Position numbers and translations under genes: made by a program. Below are positions 15,795 to 25,073 of a DNA stretch of 64,000 nt, in pieces. The number at the start of each line of letters is the position of its first letter. The stretch's first letter is position 1. The stretch comes from an uncultured Methanosarcinales archaeon (GTDB lineage: Archaea > Nanobdellota > Nanobdellia > Woesearchaeales > GW2011-AR4), in NCBI GenBank assembly GCA_964564925.1, contig CAZMBY010000001.1, positions 37,929 through 101,928 on the forward strand. The letters run 5' to 3'. The notes below the pieces were generated by a model. That model was given only the letters and a program-made list of their open reading frames with translations, searched no databases and was not told the DNA's origin.

Positions 15795-16949
15795 ATGAGA
15801 AAGGCTTTGATATTATTATTTGTGGTTTTGAGCATATTTGTACTGCAAATTAAGCATGCGTACAGCCCATCAGTAGGCATAGGCTTGCAGATAAACTCAA
15901 CAGATAGCGGCTCGTCTTCCTCGACAAGCTCCAGCAGCTCAGGTGGTGGAGGAAGTTCTGGAGGAGCGGGAGGTGGGGGTGGAGGCGAGGTTCTTACACC
16001 AGTTGAGCCGGGATTTACCCTCAATAAGAATTCGCTTAAAGTGGTTTTAAGGCAGGGCGAACAAAAAGAGGATTCCTTTGAAATAAGGAATACCGGCAAC
16101 ACAATACTAGACATATCGACTGACCTTAAGAGCTTGAAGAAGTTTTTATTCTCTCCAACCCAAGACACTTTAAAGAATACATTAAATCCCGCTGAATCTG
16201 AGTCAGTAGACCTTGTCTTTGGCGCTGATGAGGAGATGAAGCCGGATGTTTACAGCGGCGAAATATCAGTAAAAAGCGGAGAATTGGAAAAGATAATCAA
16301 CACAATCATAGAGGTGGAGTCTGCCAAGCCGCTGTTTGATGTTGATGTGCAGGTATTGCCGGAATTCAAAAGCCTATATCCAGGAGACGAGATAACAATC
16401 CAGGTCTCTTTGTTTAATGTCAGGGGGTTTGGAAGGGTTGATGTGCTTATAGAATACTCTATAAGGGATTTTAAAGGCAATGTGATAGCTGCAGAGGAAG
16501 AAACTGTGGCTGTTGAAACCCAAGCCAAGTTTGTAAGGCAACTTTTAGTTCCAAGCGACCTGAAGCCAGGAACTTACATTTCCGCTGTTAAGGTCACTTT
16601 TGGGGATTCGGTGGGGACGAGCTCTGATTTGTTTGAAGTCAAAGCCAAAACCATAAAGCTGTATCCCACATTGCTGAAGAATTATAAGCCATATTTATTT
16701 GTTGGAATTGCATTTGCAGTCCTAGTGGCTTTTTTTCTTATAAGGTATGAATTCAATCCGAGAAAAAGGTATGTTCCTGTTACAAAAGAAGGTGCCAAAA
16801 AAGTGATTAGATCAGAGGCTAAGATGCAGAAACTGGGGAAGGAGCTTCGCGCTATAGAAGGCGCCTATAAATCAGGCTTCATTTCTAAGCAAACTTACTT
16901 AAAAGACAAGATTAGGGTGGAAAAAGAGCTGAAAAAGCTGGGGAGATAA
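15795..16949 (+). CDS. Surface protein with signal peptide, poly-Ser/poly-Gly linker, beta-rich ectodomain, C-terminal TM and short coiled/SHOCT-like cytoplasmic tail
   Basis: 'ALILLFVVLSIFVLQI' signal, then the 'DSGSSSSTSSSSSGGGGSSGGAGGGGGGE' linker. C-terminal TM 'YLFVGIAFAVLVAFFLI' is followed by '...GAYKSGFISKQTYLKDKIRVEKELKKLGR'. Confidence 0.6.
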   Translation: MRKALILLFVVLSIFVLQIKHAYSPSVGIGLQINSTDSGSSSSTSSSSSGGGGSSGGAGGGGGGEVLTPVEPGFTLNKNSLKVVLRQGEQKEDSFEIRNTGNTILDISTDLKSLKKFLFSPTQDTLKNTLNPAESESVDLVFGADEEMKPDVYSGEISVKSGELEKIINTIIEVESAKPLFDVDVQVLPEFKSLYPGDEITIQVSLFNVRGFGRVDVLIEYSIRDFKGNVIAAEEETVAVETQAKFVRQLLVPSDLKPGTYISAVKVTFGDSVGTSSDLFEVKAKTIKLYPTLLKNYKPYLFVGIAFAVLVAFFLIRYEFNPRKRYVPVTKEGAKKVIRSEAKMQKLGKELRAIEGAYKSGFISKQTYLKDKIRVEKELKKLGR

Positions 16950-17095
16950 ACAGGCAATAAAAGGAAAATTTTAAATTTTAGTTATATCAAACTAAATATT
17001 GAATTTCAAGCCCAAAAAAATTATGGATATTTCTTTTTCATCTTTTCTAAATTGTGAAATAGATAATTAATGAAAAACAAAAATTATTAAAGCGA

Positions 17096-18886
17096 ATGCA
17101 GTTACAGAAGGAAATGAGAATTTGGATTGTTTTCTTAATCGCAGTTTTGCTGGTAGCTCCAAATGCATTTGCCAAGCAGGGCCATATGAAGCTGCTTGCT
17201 GTCCGAGAGACAGAAAACGGGTATGAAGGCGGCATTGCGGACCTCTACTTGGAAATAAAGCCGGGCTCTGGCAGGGTTTTTTTGGAAACATTCCCCTTGA
17301 CAAAAACAGACACCCAAATGTCGACGAGGTTTGCGAAGGCGATAGCCTGTGACGCTCTAGAAAAGGATTGCGATGATGTTGATTTCTTTTACACAATAAC
17401 TGCGGACTCTGCCATAATAGCCGGGCCGAGCGCAGGCGCATCGATAGCAGTCCTTACGGTTGCAATGCTTGAAGGCCTGTCATTAAATGAGAAGTACGCG
17501 ATAACAGGAACAATAAATTCCGGAGGCCTCATAGGCCCTGTCGGCGGCTTAAAAGCAAAGGTTGAGGCTGCAAAAAGAGCAGGATTGAAGACGGTTTTCA
17601 TACCTGCAGGAGAGATAGTTGCAAAGGTGGACAACACGACAACAGACCTTAGAAACCTGTCAAGAGAGCTTGGCATAGGCATCGTTGAAGTATCAACTCT
17701 TGGAGAATCTGTCAAGAAGTTCACAGGCAGAGAAATAATTCAAAACTTCAAAGTTATAGATATAGACGAGCAGTATAAAACTACAATGAAGACTCTGGCA
17801 AATGACCTTTGCGACAGAAGCAATAAGCTGAAAGCAGAGGTAGAAAAGGTAGCCTTATCCGGCAATCTTTCTCAAATAAAGGAAATTGCCTACAACCTGA
17901 CCATAAAAGGCAAGGAAGCGTTTGAAAAGCAAACGTTTTACTCGTCTGCAAGCTACTGTTTTGGTGCAAATGTTGAGCTGTCTACCCTGCTGTTCATTCT
18001 CAAAAATTTTTCCAGGGACGCTGCAATCAAAGAGATGCATAAATTAAATGAGGAGATAGTCCAGTTCAGGACAAGAGTTGAAAAACAGGAGAGGAAGACA
18101 ATTACAGACTTGGAAGCCTATATTGTCGTGAAAGAAAGGCTTGCTGAAGCAGAAGATTCTGCCATTCAATCTATTGAGATATTGAACAGGACTAATAAAA
18201 CAGAGAGGGCTGCACGGTCTTTTGCGTATGCATCTGAGAGGGTTAACTCTGCCAATTCGTGGGCAACTTTTCTTGGAAAGAACGGCAAGTCTTTCAACTT
18301 AAACAAAGACGTGCTGAAAAAATCATGCCAAAACAAGATAAGCGAAGCTGACGAAAGAATGCAGTATGTTGAGCTTTATTTTCCCGCTACATTGGAGAGC
18401 ATAAAAAGAGAGATTGAAAAAGCCGGAAATGAGCTTGAAAATGGCAATTACGAGCTGTGCCTGTCTATGGCGAGCAGGGCAAAGGCTGATGTCGATATCA
18501 TACTCAGCGTATTTGGCGTTGACAGCTCACAGTTTGAGAATATTCTTGAAAGAAAGCTGGAAATAGTGAAAAACAGCATTGCAAGCGAAGCTGCCAAGGG
18601 CATTTTCCCGATACTGGGGTACAGCTATTATGAGTACGCGATCTCCCTAAAAGACAGCGACATATACTCCGCTCTGCTGTATTCTGAATATGCGCTGGAA
18701 CTTGGCAACCTGGACATCTACTTTAAGGAAGAAAAGGAAAAGGCCTCAGTAAAAAAAAGGTTAAATGTCGATAAGAAAATGGTTTCTGTCTTTCTCATAG
18801 GGGTTATTGTTGGGCTCGCAGCATCATATACCATTAAACTAAAAAGTGCTGATAGGGCAAGAAAAAAGAAGAGCAAGCGAAAATAA
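17096..18886 (+). CDS. Secreted/membrane-anchored Lon-like (S16 family) serine peptidase domain protein with long helical C-terminal region and C-terminal TM
   Basis: It has the Lon proteolytic-domain Ser motif 'IAGPSAGASIAVLTVAMLEG' and the Lys-containing 'GLIGPVGGLKAKVEAAKRAGLKTVFIPAGE'. N-terminal signal 'IVFLIAVLLVAPNAFA', C-terminal 'VFLIGVIVGLAASYTI'. No AAA+ module. Confidence 0.7.
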   Translation: MQLQKEMRIWIVFLIAVLLVAPNAFAKQGHMKLLAVRETENGYEGGIADLYLEIKPGSGRVFLETFPLTKTDTQMSTRFAKAIACDALEKDCDDVDFFYTITADSAIIAGPSAGASIAVLTVAMLEGLSLNEKYAITGTINSGGLIGPVGGLKAKVEAAKRAGLKTVFIPAGEIVAKVDNTTTDLRNLSRELGIGIVEVSTLGESVKKFTGREIIQNFKVIDIDEQYKTTMKTLANDLCDRSNKLKAEVEKVALSGNLSQIKEIAYNLTIKGKEAFEKQTFYSSASYCFGANVELSTLLFILKNFSRDAAIKEMHKLNEEIVQFRTRVEKQERKTITDLEAYIVVKERLAEAEDSAIQSIEILNRTNKTERAARSFAYASERVNSANSWATFLGKNGKSFNLNKDVLKKSCQNKISEADERMQYVELYFPATLESIKREIEKAGNELENGNYELCLSMASRAKADVDIILSVFGVDSSQFENILERKLEIVKNSIASEAAKGIFPILGYSYYEYAISLKDSDIYSALLYSEYALELGNLDIYFKEEKEKASVKKRLNVDKKMVSVFLIGVIVGLAASYTIKLKSADRARKKKSKRK

Positions 18887-19016
18887 CCCAAGCAGAACAA
18901 AATCGCATGCGAGCAAGCTCATTGTGAACTCGCTCACAACTCACGTTGTCCTGCCGGGAAAAAAAGAGGTGATAGATTGTTACTTTATAATGGATTAAAC
19001 ATATTATCACTATAAA

Positions 19017-20009
19017 ATGGATAAACTAATATTTAAACTTTTCTGTTTGGGAGCGCTTTCTTTCTTGGTTATATTTTCATCCGGGTGCAAAAATGCAACA
19101 AGTTACGCGACAAAAGAAATTCCCTATGAAATCAATAAAGAGCCTGAGGCATACTTTTGCCCAGAAGATGACTGCGGCAAAGCTTATATTGGTCAAATCA
19201 AGTCTGCCAATGCCACTGTTCATTGCGCGTTTTACGACATAGATTTAAAGGAAATGGTCAATGCTCTTTCAAATAAGAGCAAAACAGCTGATGTAAAAGT
19301 TGTCATGGACAGCTCAAATTATGACGGACAAATCAAAGGGAATGCTGTAAAGTTCGATGGAAATGAGCAGCTGATGCACAATAAATTTTGCGTAATTGAC
19401 AATGAGATTGTGATAACAGGATCATTCAACCCTACAGATAACGACAATTACAGGAACAACAATAATGTTGTAGTCATTTATTCCAAAACACTTGCTAAAA
19501 ATTATGAGAGTGAGTTCGATGAGCTGTGGAACGGCAAATTTGGCCAAGGGACTAATGTCAATAGCCCGATTGCTTATGTGAACAGCATAAGGATTGAAAA
19601 TTATTTTTGCCCGGAAGATGGATGCGCATTGCGCATAATTGACTTGATTAAGAATGCTAAAAGAAGCGTGCATTTCATGTCATTCAGTTTTACTCATGAG
19701 GGTATTGCCGATGCCATAATAAGAAAAGATAACATAGATATCAAGGGGATTTTTGATTCGCAGCAATCTGCCATTAAATATTCCCAGTTCAAAAGATTGA
19801 ATGGGTTTGGGATTGATGTGAAAAAAGACCTGAATAAATACAAAATGCACCATAAAGTGTTCATCATAGACAATGAGACAGTTGCAACCGGCAGCTTCAA
19901 CCCCACATTGAGCGCTGACACCAAGAATGATGAGAATCTGATTGTCATACATGACAGAAGAATTGCTGGCGAATTCATGAAAGAGTTCTACAGTTTATGG
20001 GAAGAGTGA
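19017..20009 (+). CDS. Secreted phospholipase D-superfamily protein (two HKD motifs; Nuc-like nuclease or PLD)
   Basis: It has two 'HxKxxxxD…GSxN' motifs: 'HNKFCVIDNEIVITGSFNPTDN' and 'HHKVFIIDNETVATGSFNPTLS'. N-terminal signal/lipobox-like 'LVIFSSGCKN'. Confidence 0.8.
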   Translation: MDKLIFKLFCLGALSFLVIFSSGCKNATSYATKEIPYEINKEPEAYFCPEDDCGKAYIGQIKSANATVHCAFYDIDLKEMVNALSNKSKTADVKVVMDSSNYDGQIKGNAVKFDGNEQLMHNKFCVIDNEIVITGSFNPTDNDNYRNNNNVVVIYSKTLAKNYESEFDELWNGKFGQGTNVNSPIAYVNSIRIENYFCPEDGCALRIIDLIKNAKRSVHFMSFSFTHEGIADAIIRKDNIDIKGIFDSQQSAIKYSQFKRLNGFGIDVKKDLNKYKMHHKVFIIDNETVATGSFNPTLSADTKNDENLIVIHDRRIAGEFMKEFYSLWEE

Positions 20010-20015
20010 TACGTT

Positions 20016-20210
20016 ATGAATTTTTCCAGAATAGAAAATTTTTTATATTATTTAGTAAAGTTATGGGATAAAATGGCCGAGAAAGAAGAGGAGTCAGACG
20101 CTTACAATGACTCTGAAAAGAAGGAAGATGAAGAGTATAATGATGACATACAGGATGAGGAGGACAGTAATGACGATGAGGATTCTGAAGAGGAAGGGGA
20201 TGAGGAATGA
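20016..20210 (+). CDS. Hypothetical small highly acidic protein
   Basis: 64-aa ORF rich in D/E (EEESDAYNDSEKKEDEEYNDDIQDEEDSNDDEDSEEEGDEE). It could be real or a chance ORF. Confidence 0.25.
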   Translation: MNFSRIENFLYYLVKLWDKMAEKEEESDAYNDSEKKEDEEYNDDIQDEEDSNDDEDSEEEGDEE

Positions 20211-20387
20211 GCATTGGCCTTGTCATAATATAGCAAACGACACAAGCGTTTATACAATGATAAGTCGTTTGCTTATTACGAGGAGGCAACTATTGTATAA
20301 TTATTTTTGTCTGCAAGTATAGTGTCCATATAGGCGGCAAATTCTGCATATGGCAAATTTTAAAAATACAGCAGAAACATCATTCTT

Positions 20388-21287
20388 ATGGCTGAAGTTT
20401 TAGTTCTAGGCACAATTGCACTGGACACTATCCAGACTCCTTTTGGCAGCGTTAGAAAAGCCTTGGGTGGCAGCGCAACATATGCTTCCTTTGCAGCCAG
20501 CTTTTTTGCCAAGCCTGCAATCATGTCGATTGTCGGAAACGATTTTCCAGCGGAGTATCTCGAATTGATTAAGGACAGAGGAATAAATCTACAGGGTGTC
20601 AAGATAAGCGGCAAGACTTTCCATTGGGACGGATTTTATGACTTTGACATGAACGAGGCCAAGACAAGAAAAACAGAGCTAAACTCTTTGGAGAGCTTCA
20701 AGGTTGACGTCCCAAAGGGATATGATGAAGTTGAGTATGTTTTCCTGGCAAATATCGATCCTGAGAGGCAGCTGGAAATGCTGAAGCAGCTTAAAAAGCC
20801 AAAGCTTGTCGTGATGGACACAATGAATTTTTGGATTAGCCACAAGAAAGATCTTTTGCTTGATGCTGTAAAGAAAGTTGATGTCCTGCTTCTTAACGAC
20901 GGAGAGGCGCGGCAGCTTTTCAGCACCATCAGCCTTGTTAAAGCTGCAAAGGATGCCTTAAAATTGGGCCCAAAAGCCGTGATAATAAAGAAAGGCGAGC
21001 ATGGCGCATTATTATTCACAAAAAACAGGCATTTCAATGCTCCAGGCTACCCGTTGGAGAACATAAAGGATCCTACTGGATGCGGGGACTGCTTTGGAGG
21101 GGGGTTTATCGGCTATATTGCAAAAACAGGGGATTTCAGCGAGAGAAATTTCAGGAAAGCGGTTGTTTATGGAAGCGTAGTCGCAAGCCACAATGCTGAG
21201 GATTTTGGATTGAGCAGGCTGAAATCGCTGACAATGAAAGACATAGAGAACAGGTACAAGGAGTTCCAGGAGATAAGGGAATTCTAG
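20388..21287 (+). CDS. PfkB/ribokinase-family carbohydrate or nucleoside kinase
   Basis: It has PfkB signature 2 'DPTGCGDCFGGGFIGYIA' and the N-terminal 'VLVLGTIALD' fold start. Length is ~300 aa. Confidence 0.85.
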   Translation: MAEVLVLGTIALDTIQTPFGSVRKALGGSATYASFAASFFAKPAIMSIVGNDFPAEYLELIKDRGINLQGVKISGKTFHWDGFYDFDMNEAKTRKTELNSLESFKVDVPKGYDEVEYVFLANIDPERQLEMLKQLKKPKLVVMDTMNFWISHKKDLLLDAVKKVDVLLLNDGEARQLFSTISLVKAAKDALKLGPKAVIIKKGEHGALLFTKNRHFNAPGYPLENIKDPTGCGDCFGGGFIGYIAKTGDFSERNFRKAVVYGSVVASHNAEDFGLSRLKSLTMKDIENRYKEFQEIREF

Positions 21288-21385
21288 GATTGTAATGTCA
21301 AGGCAAGCCAAATGCTATAGGCATTTCTAAGATTCTTTTCATGGCAAAGTTCTATCAACAAAATTTGCGGGCTGGATAAAGCTGA

Positions 21386-22111
21386 TTATTGCTTGCAAAC
21401 AAAACACTGCCCTGTGAACAAAGGTATAGGAACCTCACTCTTGTCCTCAAAAAACTCGTCTATGGCTTCTTTCGCTCCTGCACAAGACATGAAGCTGTAG
21501 TCATCAAATAATATGATTCCGCCTTTGGCCATCTTATCATAAAAGTATTCACAGCCATCCATCATAGACTTGTAGATATCCACGTCAATATGCACAAGAG
21601 AATATCCCATGCCATCAGGCACGTTCCTTGCCGACTCTGGAAACAATCCTTTGAATATTTTAAAATTTTTTTCATGCAGGAAAGTCCTTACATCCCAGTG
21701 ATTTGCATTCAAATCGCCTTCCTGCCAGAAATTATCTTTAGCTTCGTTCACGCCAGGCATGCCTTCAAATGTGTCAAAGCAATAGATGTCTTTCTGTTTA
21801 TTGGAAGCCTCGTACATGATTCTTGCACTTCCCCCTCTATAAACTCCAAGCTCTGCAAAAACACCGTCTAATTCCCTGCAGTTTCTACAAAATTTGTAAA
21901 GAACGAAAGCCCTTTTCTTGTCCAATAGCATCCTTGACTTAACCTTTTGATAAACATGGTTGAACTCTGCATTCTTATCCCATATATAGTCCATGCCTTG
22001 AAATATTTTGCCAGTAAAATTAACTACATCCGGAAACGTTTTAGTTGCCAGTTTCCATCTTAATTCATCCGGCACCAGCCTGCTTGTTAAATGCCTTATT
22101 TGTTTAATCAT
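21386..22111 (-). CDS. TylF/MycF-family class I SAM-dependent O-methyltransferase (macrocin-O-methyltransferase-like; sugar O-methylation)
   Basis: 'GVFAELGVYRGGSARIM' Gly-rich SAM motif, 'DTFEGMP', '..GGIILFDDY'. These are features characteristic of Methyltransf_24/TylF proteins. Confidence 0.7.
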   Translation of the reverse strand: MIKQIRHLTSRLVPDELRWKLATKTFPDVVNFTGKIFQGMDYIWDKNAEFNHVYQKVKSRMLLDKKRAFVLYKFCRNCRELDGVFAELGVYRGGSARIMYEASNKQKDIYCFDTFEGMPGVNEAKDNFWQEGDLNANHWDVRTFLHEKNFKIFKGLFPESARNVPDGMGYSLVHIDVDIYKSMMDGCEYFYDKMAKGGIILFDDYSFMSCAGAKEAIDEFFEDKSEVPIPLFTGQCFVCKQ

Positions 22112-22184
22112 TGATATAATCCTCCTTTTCGGTATTTTGATTATTTTATTCTTGTATTTTTCTTAATAAACAGGATGAATTGCA

Positions 22185-22658
22185 TCATATCTCTTCTTTC
22201 AAATTTGCAGTTGCGACCATTGTCAATGTGGATTGTATCTCTTTCTTGTCCTTTCTGAAGTCCAGGACAAACTTGTGGAACTCTTCCACATCCCTGAATT
22301 TTAATTTTATCAGCACGTCGTACTCGCCTGTTATTCCAAAAACTTCCTTCACGTGCCTGCTGTTGATCACTTTGCTGTCTATATAGTCTGAAGTGCTGCC
22401 CTTGACAAGCATTATCACAATGAAGTTTTCCCCGATGGCTTTGTCGTTTAATTTTATGGTAAATCTTTCAATTGATTTATTCCCAATCAGCTTTTGTATT
22501 CTCTGGTGGACTGTGCTAGGCCTTATCATGGTAAGCTTTGTGATTTCCCGTATAGATGCCCTAGAGTCATGCTTCAGGATTTCTATTATTTTTCGGTCTT
22601 TTGCATCTATAATCATATGGCCAAAAGGCCCTCTGTCTCTTGTTTGGGGGTAAATCAT
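22185..22658 (-). CDS. Lrp/AsnC-family transcriptional regulator
   Basis: N-terminal HTH 'DAKDRKIIEILKHDSRASIREITKLTMIRPSTVHQRIQKL' is followed by a RAM-like domain '..FIVIMLVKG...EVFGITGEYDVLIKLKFRDVEEF'. Confidence 0.8.
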   Translation of the reverse strand: MIYPQTRDRGPFGHMIIDAKDRKIIEILKHDSRASIREITKLTMIRPSTVHQRIQKLIGNKSIERFTIKLNDKAIGENFIVIMLVKGSTSDYIDSKVINSRHVKEVFGITGEYDVLIKLKFRDVEEFHKFVLDFRKDKKEIQSTLTMVATANLKEEI

Positions 22659-22775
22659 TCTCGAGAGCCTTTTAAAATAGAAATTTTATAGGAAATATTT
22701 AAATATATCTATTTTTGTTCATAAAAAATGAAAGAAAATAGATATTTTACAAGTTTTGGCTAAAAAAGTATATAA

Positions 22776-24074
22776 ATGTGCGTAAAGTTGCTTGTTCAGG
22801 TGATGGTCATGGACAAAGGCAAAGATTATGAGGTCAAAGACATAGGATTGGCAGAGCAAGGATTCCTGAATTTGGAGATTGCAGAATCAAGGATGCAGGC
22901 TCTAATGAGGATAAAGGAACGATTCAAAAGAGAGAAGCCTCTGGATGGCGTCAGAATAGGAATGGCGCTTCACGTAACAAAGGAAACAGGAGTTCTTGTA
23001 AGAACCTTGATAGCTGGAGGAGCAGAAGTCGCAATCACAGGATGCAACCCATTAAGCACGCAAGACGATGTTGCTGCTGCATTGGCAAAGGAGAATGTCA
23101 AGGTCTGGGCTTACAAGGGTGAAACGAAAGAGGATTATTACAAATACCTAAACAATGTCATAGCGTTCAAGCCAAACATAACAATCGATGATGGCTGTGA
23201 CTTGGTGTCTGAAATCCACAAAAAGCACCAGCATTTGATTAAAGGCATGATTGCAGGATGCGAGGAAACAACAACAGGCGTGATAAGGCTGAAAGCCATG
23301 GAAAAAGACAATGCCTTAAGATATCCCATGATTGCAGTCAATGACAATAAGACAAAGCATTTGCTGGACAATTACATAGGGACAGGGGAATCTACATGGG
23401 ACGGGATTAAGAGAGGGACTAACGTGCTGGTTGCGGGAAAAAATGTTGTTGTGGCTGGATATGGGGACTGCGGAAAAGGAGTTTCCTTAAAGGCAAAAGG
23501 TATGGGCGCAAGAGTAATAGTGACAGAAGTGAATTCATTCAGGGCGCTGCAGGCTTTCTATGATGGATATCAAGTCATGAAAATGGACGATGCGGCAAAG
23601 ATTGGCGATATTTTTGTTACAGTTACTGGGAATAAGCATATCATAAAAGTTGAGCACATGAATCTAATGAAAGATGGGGCCATATTGGCAAATTCAGGCC
23701 ACTTCGACATAGAGATAGACTATGCAGGGCTAAAAAAGGCGGCAAAGAAAGTGAGAGAGATAAGGCCGCTGGTGGAGGAATTCACATTAAAGAATGGTAA
23801 AAAGATATTGACATTGGGACAATGCAGGCTTGTAAACCTATCCTTAGCGGAAGGGCACCCAAGCGAAGTCATGGATACTAGCTTCTGCGGCCAGTCTCTT
23901 GCATGCGAATATGCATCCAAGAACAGGGGCAGACTGCCAGCCAAAGTTATCGATCTTCCGGAGGAGATTGATGATGAAATTGCGCAGCTGAAATTAGAGG
24001 CTTATGGGGTTAGAATTGATAAGTTGGATAAGGAGCAGATTGAATACCTCAACTCCTGGGAAGAAGGGACTTAA
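22776..24074 (+). CDS. ahcY: S-adenosyl-L-homocysteine hydrolase
   Basis: NAD-binding 'VVVAGYGDCGKGVSLKAKGMGARVIVTEV', 'HFDIEID', and N-terminal 'YEVKDIGLAEQGFLNLEIAESRMQALM'. The true start may be the internal Met at ~22806. Confidence 0.9.
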   Translation: MCVKLLVQVMVMDKGKDYEVKDIGLAEQGFLNLEIAESRMQALMRIKERFKREKPLDGVRIGMALHVTKETGVLVRTLIAGGAEVAITGCNPLSTQDDVAAALAKENVKVWAYKGETKEDYYKYLNNVIAFKPNITIDDGCDLVSEIHKKHQHLIKGMIAGCEETTTGVIRLKAMEKDNALRYPMIAVNDNKTKHLLDNYIGTGESTWDGIKRGTNVLVAGKNVVVAGYGDCGKGVSLKAKGMGARVIVTEVNSFRALQAFYDGYQVMKMDDAAKIGDIFVTVTGNKHIIKVEHMNLMKDGAILANSGHFDIEIDYAGLKKAAKKVREIRPLVEEFTLKNGKKILTLGQCRLVNLSLAEGHPSEVMDTSFCGQSLACEYASKNRGRLPAKVIDLPEEIDDEIAQLKLEAYGVRIDKLDKEQIEYLNSWEEGT

Positions 24075-24280
24075 TTTATTGATTTTTATGCCGATAAAAA
24101 AGAAGGGAAAGCTCACTTTGCACGTCCTCAGGATTGGTATTTTAGACGAGCTACATGACTTCTATATATTCAACTTAGAAAGAATTCCCGAGAATAATTT
24201 AAAACTTAAATTTAATTGTACTTAAATAATTCTCAGCGCACCAATTGTTGCAATCACAAGAATAATCGACAATGTAAATC

Positions 24281-25021
24281 TCACTTAAACCCGGTTTCCT
24301 CTTTCTCCACCAAAGAAAACGGAGTCTGGTCGAATAGAACTTTCAGCCCGTCTTTGCCTATGGTGATAGGATAGACATCAAGGCTGTGGTCCTGGCCTCT
24401 GAGCTTTGCTACTGTGATAACTCGCTCAAAATAAGAGCCTTTCCTTATCCTTGAAAGCACGATAATTCCTTCAAAAACAAAATCCATCATATCAAATGTC
24501 AGCCTGTCAAAATCAGTGACAGACCTTTCAGAAGCCACCAAGAAAGTCACTCCGGCTTTTTTCATCTGCTGCATGAATATCAGGACCTGCCTTCTGAATT
24601 CCATCTTATTTCCATCAAACTTTGGATAAAGGTACTCAAAAAAAATTAGGGAGTCAAGCGCAACTCTCTTTATATTGTTCTTTTTTATTGCATCGAGCAA
24701 TCCCTTGATAGAAGAGATTCCTCCTTTTAATTCTGCTATCGGCTTTTGCACAAAAAATATCCTGCCTTTTTTTGTCATGGATTCAAGGTCCATTCCAAGG
24801 TTATTTGCGGTCTGATTCATCACCTCAAGGCTTTCCTCTGTTGAAATGAAAATGCCGTTCTCATTGCAGTCTTTTGCACCATAGTAGATAAACTGCAATG
24901 CGAGTATTGTCTTGCCTGTTCCGGGCGCCCCAGTCACTAAAATAGAAGAATTCTTCCTCAAGCCTCCTTTTAATACTTGATCTAGGCCCGAGACGCCTGT
25001 CTTTATCAGCTCTACTGCCAA
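24281..25021 (-). CDS. Single-domain KaiC/RecA-superfamily ATPase (FlaH/ArlH-like)
   Basis: 'GVSGLDQVLKGGLRKNSSILVTGAPGTGKTILALQFIYYGA' (Walker A) and Walker B-like 'RVALDSL'. Length is ~246 aa. Confidence 0.8.
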   Translation of the reverse strand: MAVELIKTGVSGLDQVLKGGLRKNSSILVTGAPGTGKTILALQFIYYGAKDCNENGIFISTEESLEVMNQTANNLGMDLESMTKKGRIFFVQKPIAELKGGISSIKGLLDAIKKNNIKRVALDSLIFFEYLYPKFDGNKMEFRRQVLIFMQQMKKAGVTFLVASERSVTDFDRLTFDMMDFVFEGIIVLSRIRKGSYFERVITVAKLRGQDHSLDVYPITIGKDGLKVLFDQTPFSLVEKEETGFK

Positions 25022-25073
25022 AATATCACCCTTTTTGCTGTTTCAGTTCAAACTTATATAAAAGGCTTATGTT

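Noticed and set aside
15773-16168. 131-aa minus-strand ORF with poly-Pro run
   Set aside because: It is the reverse complement of the poly-Ser/poly-Gly coding stretch of 15795..16949, a low-complexity artefact.
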